Below, in pieces: positions 52,117-61,786 of a stretch of DNA of 64,000 nucleotides; the stretch's first letter is position 1; every line of letters starts with the position of its first letter. Origin of the DNA: Deltaproteobacteria bacterium (lineage in GTDB: Bacteria; Desulfobacterota; Dissulfuribacteria; Dissulfuribacterales; UBA3076). The stretch lies in NCBI GenBank assembly GCA_003194495.1, contig PQXE01000004.1:2994-66993 (forward strand). Reading direction: 5' to 3'. Under the pieces are notes generated by a model. The model ran no database searches. It was not told the DNA's origin and saw nothing but the letters and a program-made list of their open reading frames with translations. The translations under genes were made by a program, and so were the position numbers.

Positions 52117-54690
52117 ATGCCAACAGGTCTGCGCTGGAAATTTATCTTGATGGCAGCACTTATTGCCTTGTCTGTGGTTTTTGTACTGCCCTCTTTCTAT
52201 AAAGGTACGCCTGACTGGTTCAAAAAGTATATTTACAGCGAGGGCCTGAAACTTGGTCTGGACCTCCAGGGAGGAATGCATCTCATCCTCAAGGTGGACG
52301 TGGACCAAGCAGTTAGAAATTCTGCAGATCTTGCGGCAACGGACCTTAAGGAGTCCCTTGGGCGCAGACAGATAACATTGGTGCGCCGCCAGAGTCCGAA
52401 CCCTGACGAAATACTGTTCTTTCTTCCTAATAAGGACGCGGTGGGAAGGGTAAAGGCCGTTCTGGAAGATGAATTCCCAAGCCTCGAACTCGTAAAGGTA
52501 AAAGAAGAGGGAAAATTCCCCAGCCTGGTATTAAGACTCTCCCCGGAAGAAGAAAAATTCATAAGAGAAAACGCGGTTGATCAGTCCCTGGAGATCATTC
52601 GTAACCGGATAGACCAGTTTGGTGTTACAGAACCTGTAATCGTCCGTCAAGGCGAGGAAGAAATAGTAGTCCAGCTTCCGGGGATCCGGGACCCTGAACG
52701 GGCCCTCAAGCTCATAGGGCAGACCGCGCAACTGGAGTTCAAACTGGTGGATGACGAGGCCGGAGTAGATATTGGAAGGCTTATCCGCCAAGCAGCAGAT
52801 AGCGGCCGCCTTCCAGCCGGCTATAACATTAAGGCCCTTAACTCGGTCCTGAAGGGCCAGATACCCAGGGACGATTCCATTTACTTCCTTAAAGATGTCG
52901 ATGATCGCACAGGCAAAATCAAAAAGACGCCGATTCTTCTCAAGGACAAAACGCTGATGACAGGGGATACTGTAAAGACTGCCCACGTCCGGATCGGCGG
53001 GAATTACAACGAGCCCTATGTTGCCCTTGAGTTTACAGATCGGGGGGCAAGACTCTTTGAGAAAATCACCGGTGATAATGTGGGCAAGCGTCTTGCCATT
53101 GTCCTGGACGGAGTGGCCCGCTCTGCACCGGTAATAAGGGAACGTATAGGAGGAGGGCATGCCCAGATCACCGGCTCATTTACTACTGAAGAGGCATCCG
53201 ACCTTGCCATTGTGCTAAGAGCCGGGGCCCTGCCCGCGCCGATCAGCATTATTCAAAACGTCACGGTAGGTCCGTCTCTTGGCCGTGATTCCATACAGCA
53301 CGGCCTGTATTCGGGCCTGCTCGGAGCGGCCTTTGTAGTTGTCTTCATGGTCATATATTACACGTTTTCAGGTTTCATAGCGAACATAGCCATGGTCCTG
53401 AACCTGCTCTTTCTTATGGCTGTTCTGGCGCTTTTCCAGGCCACACTGACCCTTCCCGGAATAGCAGGCATCATACTCATCATTGGTATGGGTGTTGACT
53501 CCAACGTACTGATCTTTGAGCGCATGCGGGAGGAAAGGGCCCTTGGAAAACCCCTTAAGGCATTTATTGACGGGGGTTATGACAAGGCCTTCTGGACCAT
53601 TGTAGACGCCCATGTTACTACTCTTATAACCGCCATAGCCCTGTTCCTCTTTGGAACCGGCCCAATCAAGGGCTTTGCCGTCACCCTGTCCGCCGGTATT
53701 GTCATCAACCTCTTTACTGCCATCTTTGGGACCAGGATGGTATATGACGGGCTGCTGGCCAAGCATGCCCTGAGCAACCTGAGGTTCCTCCAGTTAATCA
53801 AGAAAACCAACCTGGACTTCATAGGACGCAGGAATTTCGCCTTCGCACTGTCAGTAGTCCTGGTAACTATAGGTCTCGCAGGCTTCATACAGGTCGTAAG
53901 AGGGACAGCCAACCTCGGCGTAGACTTTTCCGGTGGAACCATGGTCCAGTACCGCGCGGACAAGCCCTTTACCCTGGACAATGTAAGAAAGGCCCTGACA
54001 GAAACCGGTATCGAGGGTTACTCCCTCCAGGAAGTGCCGGGGGAACATGTCTTAATCGTACGCGTCAAAAAATCAGTGGCTACTGTAGGAGACATAGAGA
54101 CCAGTATAACCAACAGCTTAAAACAAGACCTTCCTGAGACCCGCTTTGTAATAGAAAGCAAGGCCGAGATCGGTTCAACCGTGAGCAAGGAGTTGAGACG
54201 TAAGGCACTGATAGCAATATGCATATCATTTGCGGGCATAATCTGTTACCTGGCCTTCAGGTTCAATTTAAGCTTTGGAATAGCAGCTACCGCCGCCACC
54301 TTCCATGACGTACTGGTAGTACTTGGCATTTTATTTATCCTGGACAAGGAAATAACACTCCTGACAATAACCGCCCTTCTGACACTTGGCGGCTACTCCC
54401 TCACTGATACAGTAGTAGTCTTTGATAGAATCAGAGAAAATATCAAACGTTACAAGAAATTGCCTTTTGCCGGGATCATAAATCAAAGCATCAACGAGAT
54501 GCTGAGCAGGACAATTATTACGTCCACGACCACGATGATGGTAGTCTTGTGCATCTTTTTCTTTGGCGGTGTGGTAATACATGACTTTGCCTTTACTCTG
54601 CTATTGGGAGTGCTGGTTGGGACCTATTCCTCAGTATTCGTAGCCAGCCCTGTGGTGTATTTGTGGCACAAGGGGAAAACGCCTAGATAG
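52117..54690 (+). CDS. secDF: Fused protein translocase subunits SecD and SecF
   Basis: 857 aa. SecD periplasmic P1 region ([11 protein letters not shown]), then 6 + 6 TM helices with SecF motifs in the C-terminal third. Confidence 0.9.
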   Translation: MPTGLRWKFILMAALIALSVVFVLPSFYKGTPDWFKKYIYSEGLKLGLDLQGGMHLILKVDVDQAVRNSADLAATDLKESLGRRQITLVRRQSPNPDEILFFLPNKDAVGRVKAVLEDEFPSLELVKVKEEGKFPSLVLRLSPEEEKFIRENAVDQSLEIIRNRIDQFGVTEPVIVRQGEEEIVVQLPGIRDPERALKLIGQTAQLEFKLVDDEAGVDIGRLIRQAADSGRLPAGYNIKALNSVLKGQIPRDDSIYFLKDVDDRTGKIKKTPILLKDKTLMTGDTVKTAHVRIGGNYNEPYVALEFTDRGARLFEKITGDNVGKRLAIVLDGVARSAPVIRERIGGGHAQITGSFTTEEASDLAIVLRAGALPAPISIIQNVTVGPSLGRDSIQHGLYSGLLGAAFVVVFMVIYYTFSGFIANIAMVLNLLFLMAVLALFQATLTLPGIAGIILIIGMGVDSNVLIFERMREERALGKPLKAFIDGGYDKAFWTIVDAHVTTLITAIALFLFGTGPIKGFAVTLSAGIVINLFTAIFGTRMVYDGLLAKHALSNLRFLQLIKKTNLDFIGRRNFAFALSVVLVTIGLAGFIQVVRGTANLGVDFSGGTMVQYRADKPFTLDNVRKALTETGIEGYSLQEVPGEHVLIVRVKKSVATVGDIETSITNSLKQDLPETRFVIESKAEIGSTVSKELRRKALIAICISFAGIICYLAFRFNLSFGIAATAATFHDVLVVLGILFILDKEITLLTITALLTLGGYSLTDTVVVFDRIRENIKRYKKLPFAGIINQSINEMLSRTIITSTTTMMVVLCIFFFGGVVIHDFAFTLLLGVLVGTYSSVFVASPVVYLWHKGKTPR

Positions 54691-54698
54691 GTTTTCCC

Positions 54699-55961
54699 AT
54701 GGATCAACTAATCATTGAAGGCAGGCACCCGCTCAAGGGGACTATCAGGATTAGCGGGGCCAAAAACGCGGCCCTGCCCATTCTTGCGGCAACGCTCCTC
54801 ACCGGCGGCACCTTCAGGCTGCAGAATATCCCCAGGCTGGTTGACATAAAAACCTTCACAGACCTCCTGACTGACCTGGGCGTTACGGTAGATTACAGCG
54901 CAGATAATGACTCTGATGTCTTAAACATAGACTCCTCAGGACTCTCTGACCACGAGGCCCCTTACGACCTGGTGCGCAAGATGCGGGCTTCAATTCTGGT
55001 GCTTGGACCTCTTATATCCCGCATTGGAAAGGCCCGTGTTTCCCTTCCCGGAGGTTGTGCCATCGGCGCCCGTCCCATAAATCTTCACTTAAAGGGCCTT
55101 GAGCTCATGGGGGCCAAGCTCCGGCTCAAAGAAGGCTACATAGAGGCAAAGGCAGGGAGACTGAACGGTGCGCATATCTATTTTGACACGCCGTCTGTGA
55201 CAGGCACGGAAAACCTGATGATGGCGGCGGTCCTTGCCAAGGGGATAACCGTACTGGGAAATGCTGCAATGGAACCGGAGGTGATTGCCCTGGGACAAAT
55301 GCTCAACCAAATGGGGGCAAAAATCAAGGGCCTTGGTTCAAATACCATCAAGATAGAAGGCGTCAAGAAACTAAGACCTGTTGAATGGAAAATAATCCCG
55401 GATCGCATAGAGGCCGGCACGTACATGATGGCTGTGGGGGCAGTTGGCGGAGAGCTGATAATTAAAAATGTTTTAGCAGATCACTTGGAGGCGGTCATAT
55501 CCAAACTCAGGAGCACAGGGCTTCAGGTTGAAGTAGATAATGCCGGAATTTCCGTCAGGAAAAAAGGCGCTCTGCACAGTGTGGATGTTACGACTCTGCC
55601 ATATCCCGGTTTCCCGACTGATCTGCAGGCCCAGATCATGGTGCTGATGGCCCTGGCCGGTGGCCTCAGTGTGATCACTGAAACCATATTTGAAAACCGT
55701 TTCATGCACGTTGCCGAGTTAAGACGGCTTGGCGCTGACATAAAGGTTGAGGGCAGGAGCGCCATCATCAAAGGTGTAAAGGGATTAAACAGTGCCCCTG
55801 TAATGGCCACTGATCTCAGGGCCAGCGCCTCTCTGGTACTGGCAGGACTTGCAGCAAAAGGGATTACAACAATATCCAGAGTTTACCACCTTGATCGCGG
55901 GTATGAATACCTGGAACAGAAGCTTGCAGCAGTGGGGGCCAAAATCAAAAGAAAAAAGTAA
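54699..55961 (+). CDS. murA: UDP-N-acetylglucosamine 1-carboxyvinyltransferase
   Basis: [41 protein letters not shown] and FPTDLQAQ motifs. The stop codon lies inside the first bases of the repeat at 55958. Confidence 0.95.
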   Translation: MDQLIIEGRHPLKGTIRISGAKNAALPILAATLLTGGTFRLQNIPRLVDIKTFTDLLTDLGVTVDYSADNDSDVLNIDSSGLSDHEAPYDLVRKMRASILVLGPLISRIGKARVSLPGGCAIGARPINLHLKGLELMGAKLRLKEGYIEAKAGRLNGAHIYFDTPSVTGTENLMMAAVLAKGITVLGNAAMEPEVIALGQMLNQMGAKIKGLGSNTIKIEGVKKLRPVEWKIIPDRIEAGTYMMAVGAVGGELIIKNVLADHLEAVISKLRSTGLQVEVDNAGISVRKKGALHSVDVTTLPYPGFPTDLQAQIMVLMALAGGLSVITETIFENRFMHVAELRRLGADIKVEGRSAIIKGVKGLNSAPVMATDLRASASLVLAGLAAKGITTISRVYHLDRGYEYLEQKLAAVGAKIKRKK

Positions 55962-56184
55962 GCGTTTACATGGCACCGCATCTGCTTTGTTGCCGGGCAC
56001 TTGAAGTACAGGAAGTACGTCTGCGTACCCGTCGCCTTGCATCTGCAGCACCCTGTAAACGCTTACAGTTCGATGGATTACGTTTACATGGCACCGCATC
56101 TGCTTTGTTGCCGGGCACTTGAAGTACAGGAAGTACGTCTGCGTACCCGTCGCCTTGCATCTGCAGCACCCTGTAAACGCTTAC
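55958..56184 (-). repeat. Tandem dimer of the 109-nt long-hairpin unit (reverse orientation)
   Basis: Read on the minus strand it has the same unit-linker-unit organisation as 23382-23609, with the same taatccatcgaact linker. Confidence 0.85.
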
Positions 56185-56235
56185 AATCCGGTAGGTTAGA
56201 AACTCTATTTCGTCTGTGTTTGTCTGTGTGGGTCT

Positions 56236-57285
56236 GTGGCTAATAAGAAAGTCTTTTATGATAAGCGGGCTGATCCGGTGAAAAAAGAAAAAAATACCCT
56301 GGTTGACCGATACGGCAGACGGTTGACCTATCTCAGGCTCTCAGTAACAGACAGATGTAATCTTCGATGTCAGTATTGCATGCCTCAGATCAACTTTTCC
56401 TGGTTGCCTCATGATTCAATCCTCACCTATGAAGAAATTCTAAAAATTTGCCGCACTCTGGCGGCCGTTGGTGTCACAAAAGTGCGCCTTACAGGTGGCG
56501 AGCCATTGGTCCGGCGGGACTTAATAAGCCTTGTGGAAAGACTGACTGAGATTGACGGGCTTGAAGAAACCTGTATCACCACAAATGGTGTCCTGCTGGA
56601 GGAATATGCAGACGGCCTATTCAAAGCAGGTATCAGGCATATTAACATCAGCCTTGATTCCCTGAATCCGGAACGATTTGCCTATATTACCGGCTTTGAT
56701 CTATTTGAGCAGGTATGGCGGGGCATAGAAAAGGCCATGGAAAAAGGATTTTCCCCGATAAAAATCAACTCGGTGATCATGAAAGACATAAATGACAATG
56801 AAATAACAGCCCTGGCAGGACTGAGCTTGAAATATCCCGTGCAAGTTCGTTTTATAGAGTTCATGCCTGTCGGCCATGATATTTTTTGGAATCCGGCCAG
56901 ATTTATCAGTTGTGATAAGGTCAGAAATCAGGTAGAGGACGCATTTGGAAAACTGTGCCCATTGCCCAAATCGCACAGTGCCGGACCGGCAAGTGAATAT
57001 GTGCTGGATAAGGCCCCGGGAAGTGTGGGATTTATCGGCGCTTTAAGCCGCCATTTCTGCAATAGTTGTAACCGCCTGCGCCTCACTGCAGATGGACGTC
57101 TTCGATTATGCCTGTTCTCTGATAAGGAGGTAGATGTCAAAAAAGCCTTGCAACAAGGACTGAACACAGAGGAGCTTGCTCTTTTTTTCCATCAGGCCGT
57201 ATTAAAAAAGCCAAAAGGATTAGAAGAGTTTTCGGATAAAGAAAGATTATCCTGCACCCGGAGTATGTCCAGCATAGGTGGATGA
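56236..57285 (+). CDS. moaA: GTP 3',8-cyclase (molybdenum cofactor biosynthesis protein A)
   Basis: LRLSVTDRCNLRCQYCMP radical SAM cluster, LTGGEPL, and the C-terminal CNSCNRLRLTADGRLRLCLF. GTG start. Confidence 0.9.
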   Translation: MANKKVFYDKRADPVKKEKNTLVDRYGRRLTYLRLSVTDRCNLRCQYCMPQINFSWLPHDSILTYEEILKICRTLAAVGVTKVRLTGGEPLVRRDLISLVERLTEIDGLEETCITTNGVLLEEYADGLFKAGIRHINISLDSLNPERFAYITGFDLFEQVWRGIEKAMEKGFSPIKINSVIMKDINDNEITALAGLSLKYPVQVRFIEFMPVGHDIFWNPARFISCDKVRNQVEDAFGKLCPLPKSHSAGPASEYVLDKAPGSVGFIGALSRHFCNSCNRLRLTADGRLRLCLFSDKEVDVKKALQQGLNTEELALFFHQAVLKKPKGLEEFSDKERLSCTRSMSSIGG

Positions 57286-57312
57286 GGTTAGCCACGAGCT
57301 GAAATCGGGTAG

Positions 57313-57534
57313 CAGGATCTGTAAGGAAAGTAGTTTACACTTTCTAAAAAGAACAATCTCACGCAAAGGCGCAAAGACGCCAAGTTTTGTCAGCCATTTC
57401 TGGCCAGAACCAATTTAACTGTTATGTTTATACTGTTTGGCAATACCTGATATTACCAAAGTTTTTCTTCATTTCTTTTTTTGCGCCTTTGCGTAAGCTT
57501 CTTCAAAAATGTAAACCGATAAATGAAGGATGCC
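57313..57534. repeat. Nested-palindrome element, copy 5 (degenerate left end)
   Basis: caggatctgtaaggaaagtagtttacac ... aaaaatgtaaaccgataaatgaaggatgcc. The core hairpin is made of cacgcaaaggcgcaaag / tttgcgcctttgcgt arms. Confidence 0.7.
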
Positions 57535-57559
57535 GAAGCGTCTTAGGGGAGGAGATAAA

Positions 57560-57874
57560 ATGGATACTTCTTTAGATATAAAATTTGCAGAAAGGACAGA
57601 GTCAATCGTTACTCAGCTTGGCTTTAAAGATTTGAAATCCTTCGTTAAAAATCAGGCTTTGCTTTTGCTTATGGCCAGAATTGAAAAATATGAGGCGGAG
57701 AACAGGCGTTTTGAGGCCAAATATCATATGCCCTTTAAGGCGTTTCAGGCAAAAGTTGAAGGGTTGCAAAATGAAGAAGTATTTACAGAAGATGACGATT
57801 ACTTAGACTGGCGCTTTGCAAAAGAGGTGATTGATAGACTTGTGAGACAAAAACGGGAATTGGAATATGCTTGA
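57560..57874 (+). CDS. Small acidic helical protein, putative antitoxin-like partner
   Basis: GGAGG SD before MDTSLDIKF. It overlaps the downstream gene by 8 nt (ATGCTTGA). Motif FTEDDDYLDWRFAKE. Confidence 0.5.
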   Translation: MDTSLDIKFAERTESIVTQLGFKDLKSFVKNQALLLLMARIEKYEAENRRFEAKYHMPFKAFQAKVEGLQNEEVFTEDDDYLDWRFAKEVIDRLVRQKRELEYA

Positions 57875-58220
57875 TCTAATAGCCAGGTACAAACGTTTTA
57901 TTAAATCCTTCCATGTGTTCCTGTATGAGCAAGAAGGAGAGATGCTTCGGTTTAAGGCGCAAATAACGTTCACAAACGACTCGAAACTCTTCATAAAAGA
58001 ATATGTTTTTGAAAACAAAGAGAGAAAGTATGCCTATCATTGGACAGATACCTCTGGAAATCTAATCTGTCGTTGGGACAATGCAAATCATTGGCCAGGT
58101 ATTTCGACTTCTCCGCACCACAAACACACTGGCAATGAAGTATTTGAATCAACAGAAACATCTGTTGGTGATGTGTTGAATAGGATCAGCGAGAAATTCG
58201 AAGATAAACCGAAAGGCTGA
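57867..58220 (+). CDS. DUF6516 / TumE-like toxin-antitoxin family protein
   Basis: KYAYHWTDTSGNLICRWDNANHWPGISTSPHHKHTG resembles the RxDNAxH...PHHKH signature of that family. Call from memory of the family. Confidence 0.5.
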   Translation: MLDLIARYKRFIKSFHVFLYEQEGEMLRFKAQITFTNDSKLFIKEYVFENKERKYAYHWTDTSGNLICRWDNANHWPGISTSPHHKHTGNEVFESTETSVGDVLNRISEKFEDKPKG

Positions 58221-58401
58221 GGCAAGAATTGCAGGGTATAGCGGACCTGCCTCCACCAGCCAGGGCATTACTACTGACTCCCATATCTCTGGCAATGCGT
58301 TTCTTTAGCTTTGACAATTCTATCTGCCTACATCTTCCGAATTACCAATAATACCAATTTCAGTGAAATTGGTAATTTGCTCTCATTAGCTACCCTAAAC
58401 G

Positions 58402-58548
58402 ACAAATTGTAGGTTGGGTTAAGCCGTCGGGCTGCAACTAATTTTGCTGGGTTCGCTAATTTTACAGTGATCCCAGTACGTTGATGCCCCATTAAGTCAG
58501 GCAAACCCAACAAAAGTGATGATTACAACCGCTTAACCCAATCTACAA
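58402..58548. repeat. 147-bp element with 19-22-bp terminal inverted repeats (MITE-like)
   Basis: caaattgtaggttgggttaagc ... gcttaacccaatctacaat. The left end is duplicated at 18396-18436. Confidence 0.7.
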
Positions 58549-58786
58549 TATACCCAAGGACAATGAAAATGAAGTGGATAACCCTTTTGTTGAATTTGGC
58601 CGAAAATTAAACCCCTCCAGAGAATTATATACTTGATAAAGCCAAAAGTTATTGATATCATTCATTAACAATAACAAAACGTTGGCGCAATCCAACAGTC
58701 ATTTGCGTTTATAGATTCAAAGTATAGATTCTACGTTACAAATAGCTGTGCTGTTTCACAAATTAGTAGGGTAGGCTATACCCACC

Positions 58787-59494
58787 ATGAACGATATGGG
58801 GTCAGCATTGGCCGAAACGATGATCAAGGCCAAAAGGAGGAAGTCAGTGGGCAGGACCAAAGCGAAAGACAAGGCATCCCTTCCGGAAGAAAAACCGGGA
58901 AATAATACAACTCAAGGTGCCGGAAAACCTCAAATTCCTGGTGACGATGTGGGCAAAGCCGGAAACATAGAACAGATCAGGGATATCCTCTTTGGAGTCC
59001 AAATGCGGGATTATGAAGAAAGGTTTGCCCGCCTGGAAGAACGCATGGTTACACAAATCACTGATTTGCGGGATGAAACAACGAAGCGTTTTGACTCGAT
59101 CGAAGACTGCATCAAAAAAGAGGTGGAATCGTTGAGTGGTCGCGTAAAGACCGAACAAGATAATCGGGCCAAATCGATCGAAGAACTTTCAACCGGACTC
59201 AAAGATACGACCGCGTCATTTGAAAAGAAAATTAGTCAATTGGAAGACGATCTTGACAAAAAATCGAGGAATTTTCACCAGCAGATTCTGGATCAGTCCA
59301 AAAATCTGTTAGATGAGATCCACCAAAAACACGAAGAGGCCTCAACAGCAATCGCACAGGCGGCTCAAGACCTTCGTAGCGACAAGGTCAGCCGTTCCGT
59401 CCTCTCACATCTCTTTGTAGACATGGGTACGCGTCTGGGTAATGATCAGGCCATGAAACCAGACCCTGAATCGCAAGATGTGGAAAATGAGTAA
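58787..59494 (+). CDS. Coiled-coil protein with a basic N-terminus
   Basis: 235 aa with IEQIRDILFGVQMRDYEERFARLEERM followed by heptad-rich sequence. First gene of a tightly packed three-gene operon. Confidence 0.6.
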   Translation: MNDMGSALAETMIKAKRRKSVGRTKAKDKASLPEEKPGNNTTQGAGKPQIPGDDVGKAGNIEQIRDILFGVQMRDYEERFARLEERMVTQITDLRDETTKRFDSIEDCIKKEVESLSGRVKTEQDNRAKSIEELSTGLKDTTASFEKKISQLEDDLDKKSRNFHQQILDQSKNLLDEIHQKHEEASTAIAQAAQDLRSDKVSRSVLSHLFVDMGTRLGNDQAMKPDPESQDVENE

Positions 59495-61253
59495 TCCGCC
59501 CGCGCATGACACCCGCAAAGAGGTGCCAAAAGACGATCAATCTTCTGGCGGGAATGCCCTGGTCAAGCTCCGGGGTCTGCTCCTGGAGCCTGTGCAGACA
59601 CAGCTCGGCAAATTACAGGATCGACTAGACAAGCCGGAGCTTCATGCAAATGACGTCAGCCAAGTCCTTCCGGAAGCGATTGTCCTCCGGTCAACCCGTG
59701 ATAAACAGATCGCCAAGGCACTGGAGCCCAGCGTCGAAGAAGCAATCAAGACATCCATTCAGAAAGACCCCAAGGTCCTTGCGGATGTGCTTTTCCCTGT
59801 TATGGGACCAGCCATCCGAAAAGCCATTTCCTCCACAATCCGCGGGATGATCCAATCGCTCAATCAAATCCTTGAATACAGCCTGTCCTTGCAGGGATTA
59901 AAGTGGAGGCTGGAGGCTCTTCAGACAAGAAGACCGTTTGGCGAAGTTGTCCTGCTTCATACCCTTGTATATCACGTTGAGCAGGTCTTTCTCATACACA
60001 GAAACACCGGCCTGGTGCTTCAGCATGCGGTATCAAAGGAGGTGACTCCTGAGGACCCGGATATGGTTTCCTGCATGTTAACAGCCATTCAGGACTTCGT
60101 TAAGGACTCGTTTGGTGCAGAAAAAGAGGAAACCCTCCAAACCTTGAGTATCGGCGATCGCAGTGTTTGGATTGAGGAAGGACCCCAGGCCGTACTGGCT
60201 GCAGTTATTCATGGTAATGCTCCAACAGATTTTCATTCCGTCTTGGCTGAGACATTAGATGCCATACACCTCAAGCAAAGGAGCGCCTTGGAATCTTTCG
60301 ATGGTGACAATACCCCTTTTGAGGCAATAAAAACAGACCTTGAAGAGTGTCTTCAGTACCAGGTTGAACAACAAAAACAAAAAAAAATTCCTGTATTATG
60401 GATATTATTAGGAGCAGTGATTTTGTTTGTCGGGACCTGGTTTTTTTATTCCTTTCGAGACAACAATCGTTGGGCGCATTATGTGGAAATGTTAAAAGAT
60501 GAACCAGGAATTGTCGTTACCTCAACTGAAAAACGATCCGGCAAGTATTACATTTTCGGGCTCCGTGATCCCTTGGCCCCTGATCCGGTAAAGATGATGA
60601 AAAGGGCGAATCTTCAGCCCAAAAAGATTATATCCCATTGGGAGCCTTACCACTCATTTTATCCGGAATTCATGCTCCATAGGATCAAGGCCATACTCAG
60701 GCCTACGGAAACAATGACTCTGAAATTTAAGGATGGTATTCTCCATGCCTATGGATCAGCTTCTAATCAATGGATTGTTGCAACCAGGAAAATAGTAAAC
60801 ACTATTCCAGGAATTGTTCGGTTTCAGGAAGATAACGTCATTGATACCGATCTAAAGGCCATCCAAACAATCAGAGGAAAGATTGAAAGGGAATTTCTTG
60901 CTTTTAAGTCTGGTTCCGCCAGGATTACGTCTAATCAAGAGAGCAGACTACAGGAGCTGGTAAGAGATATCAAAAGGCTTCATGCCTTGGCACAAGTTTT
61001 GGGCAAAAGGGCCTATATTGAAATTGTCGGGCATACTGACAGCACCGGACCGGAAAAAACAAATCTGAAAATCAGCCGGGAGCGCGCTGATAGAGTTCTA
61101 TCCATGCTGATCTCAAAAGGCCTTAAAGCAGAAGGTTTTACCACGACAGGTGTGGGCTCAAGAGAACCGTTGAAACAAGAAATCTCGGAGATGGATAGAG
61201 GACTTAACCGTTGCGTAACGTTCAGGGTAATTCTTAAAGATAACCTCAAGTAA
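59478..61253 (+). CDS. Bitopic membrane protein: conserved cytoplasmic region (Roadblock/LC7-like segment), one TM helix, periplasmic OmpA/MotB-like peptidoglycan-binding domain
   Basis: VEQVFLIHRNTGLVLQHA...DPDMVSCMLTAIQDFVKDSF...VWIEEGPQAVLAAVIHG; TM helix IPVLWILLGAVILFVGTWFFYSF; OmpA_C motif IEIVGHTDSTGPEKTNLKISRERADRVLSML. Confidence 0.7.
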   Translation: MWKMSNPPAHDTRKEVPKDDQSSGGNALVKLRGLLLEPVQTQLGKLQDRLDKPELHANDVSQVLPEAIVLRSTRDKQIAKALEPSVEEAIKTSIQKDPKVLADVLFPVMGPAIRKAISSTIRGMIQSLNQILEYSLSLQGLKWRLEALQTRRPFGEVVLLHTLVYHVEQVFLIHRNTGLVLQHAVSKEVTPEDPDMVSCMLTAIQDFVKDSFGAEKEETLQTLSIGDRSVWIEEGPQAVLAAVIHGNAPTDFHSVLAETLDAIHLKQRSALESFDGDNTPFEAIKTDLEECLQYQVEQQKQKKIPVLWILLGAVILFVGTWFFYSFRDNNRWAHYVEMLKDEPGIVVTSTEKRSGKYYIFGLRDPLAPDPVKMMKRANLQPKKIISHWEPYHSFYPEFMLHRIKAILRPTETMTLKFKDGILHAYGSASNQWIVATRKIVNTIPGIVRFQEDNVIDTDLKAIQTIRGKIEREFLAFKSGSARITSNQESRLQELVRDIKRLHALAQVLGKRAYIEIVGHTDSTGPEKTNLKISRERADRVLSMLISKGLKAEGFTTTGVGSREPLKQEISEMDRGLNRCVTFRVILKDNLK

Positions 61254-61262
61254 GGGACATCT

Positions 61263-61778
61263 ATGATCAAGAAAAAAATATGTCTGCTCGGATCCTTTGC
61301 CGCGGGGAAGACCAGTCTTGTAGAGCGGTTTGTTCACAACCGTTTTAATGACAAATATTTGACCACAATCGGTGTAAAAATAAGCCAAAAAACCCTCCCG
61401 CCGGTTCAACATCCCACAAGCGGCCGAGTCGTCCAGTATTCCTTTTTGATCTGGGATATCGCCGGAATGGAAAAGTTCGATACCATAGTTATGAACTATT
61501 ACCGGGGCGCATCCGGGGCGCTGGCAGTGGCTGATTTGACCCGGCTGGAAACCATTCCCCAGTTGCAGGATATCTGTGACAGATTTCGTTCGGTAAGTCC
61601 TGCTGCACGGCTTCTGATTATAGGCAATAAGCTGGATATTTTCCAACAAGATCGAGAAACCATTATCCTCTTGGAGAAAACAGTCTCCAATTTTTCTGCC
61701 GAATATATATTAACCAGCGCAAAAACCGGTCAGGGAGTGGAGGAAGCCTTTCTTGAGTTGGCCAAGAGAATACGGTAG
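61263..61778 (+). CDS. Ras-superfamily small GTPase (Rab/Rup-like)
   Basis: G1 GSFAAGKT, G2 Thr in LTTIGV, G3 WDIAGME, G4 GNKLD and G5 TSAK. It starts 9 nt after the OmpA-domain gene. Confidence 0.85.
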   Translation: MIKKKICLLGSFAAGKTSLVERFVHNRFNDKYLTTIGVKISQKTLPPVQHPTSGRVVQYSFLIWDIAGMEKFDTIVMNYYRGASGALAVADLTRLETIPQLQDICDRFRSVSPAARLLIIGNKLDIFQQDRETIILLEKTVSNFSAEYILTSAKTGQGVEEAFLELAKRIR

Positions 61779-61786
61779 CAATAAAT

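Noticed and set aside
52531-53160. 209-aa - strand ORF, plus several others inside secDF
   Set aside because: These are shadow frames opposite an 857-aa SecDF with a coherent TM topology.
56185-56235. Molybdenum-cofactor riboswitch upstream of moaA
   Set aside because: The short leader consists of the hairpin repeat and GTCTGTG-type repeats. I could not see the conserved Moco riboswitch helices. A covariance-model scan would be needed to be certain.
58540-58786. Sigma54 (-24 GG / -12 GC) promoter upstream of the GTPase operon
   Set aside because: The TGGC-containing candidates (tggccgaaaattaaac, ttggcgcaatccaacag) lack a correctly spaced TTGC element.
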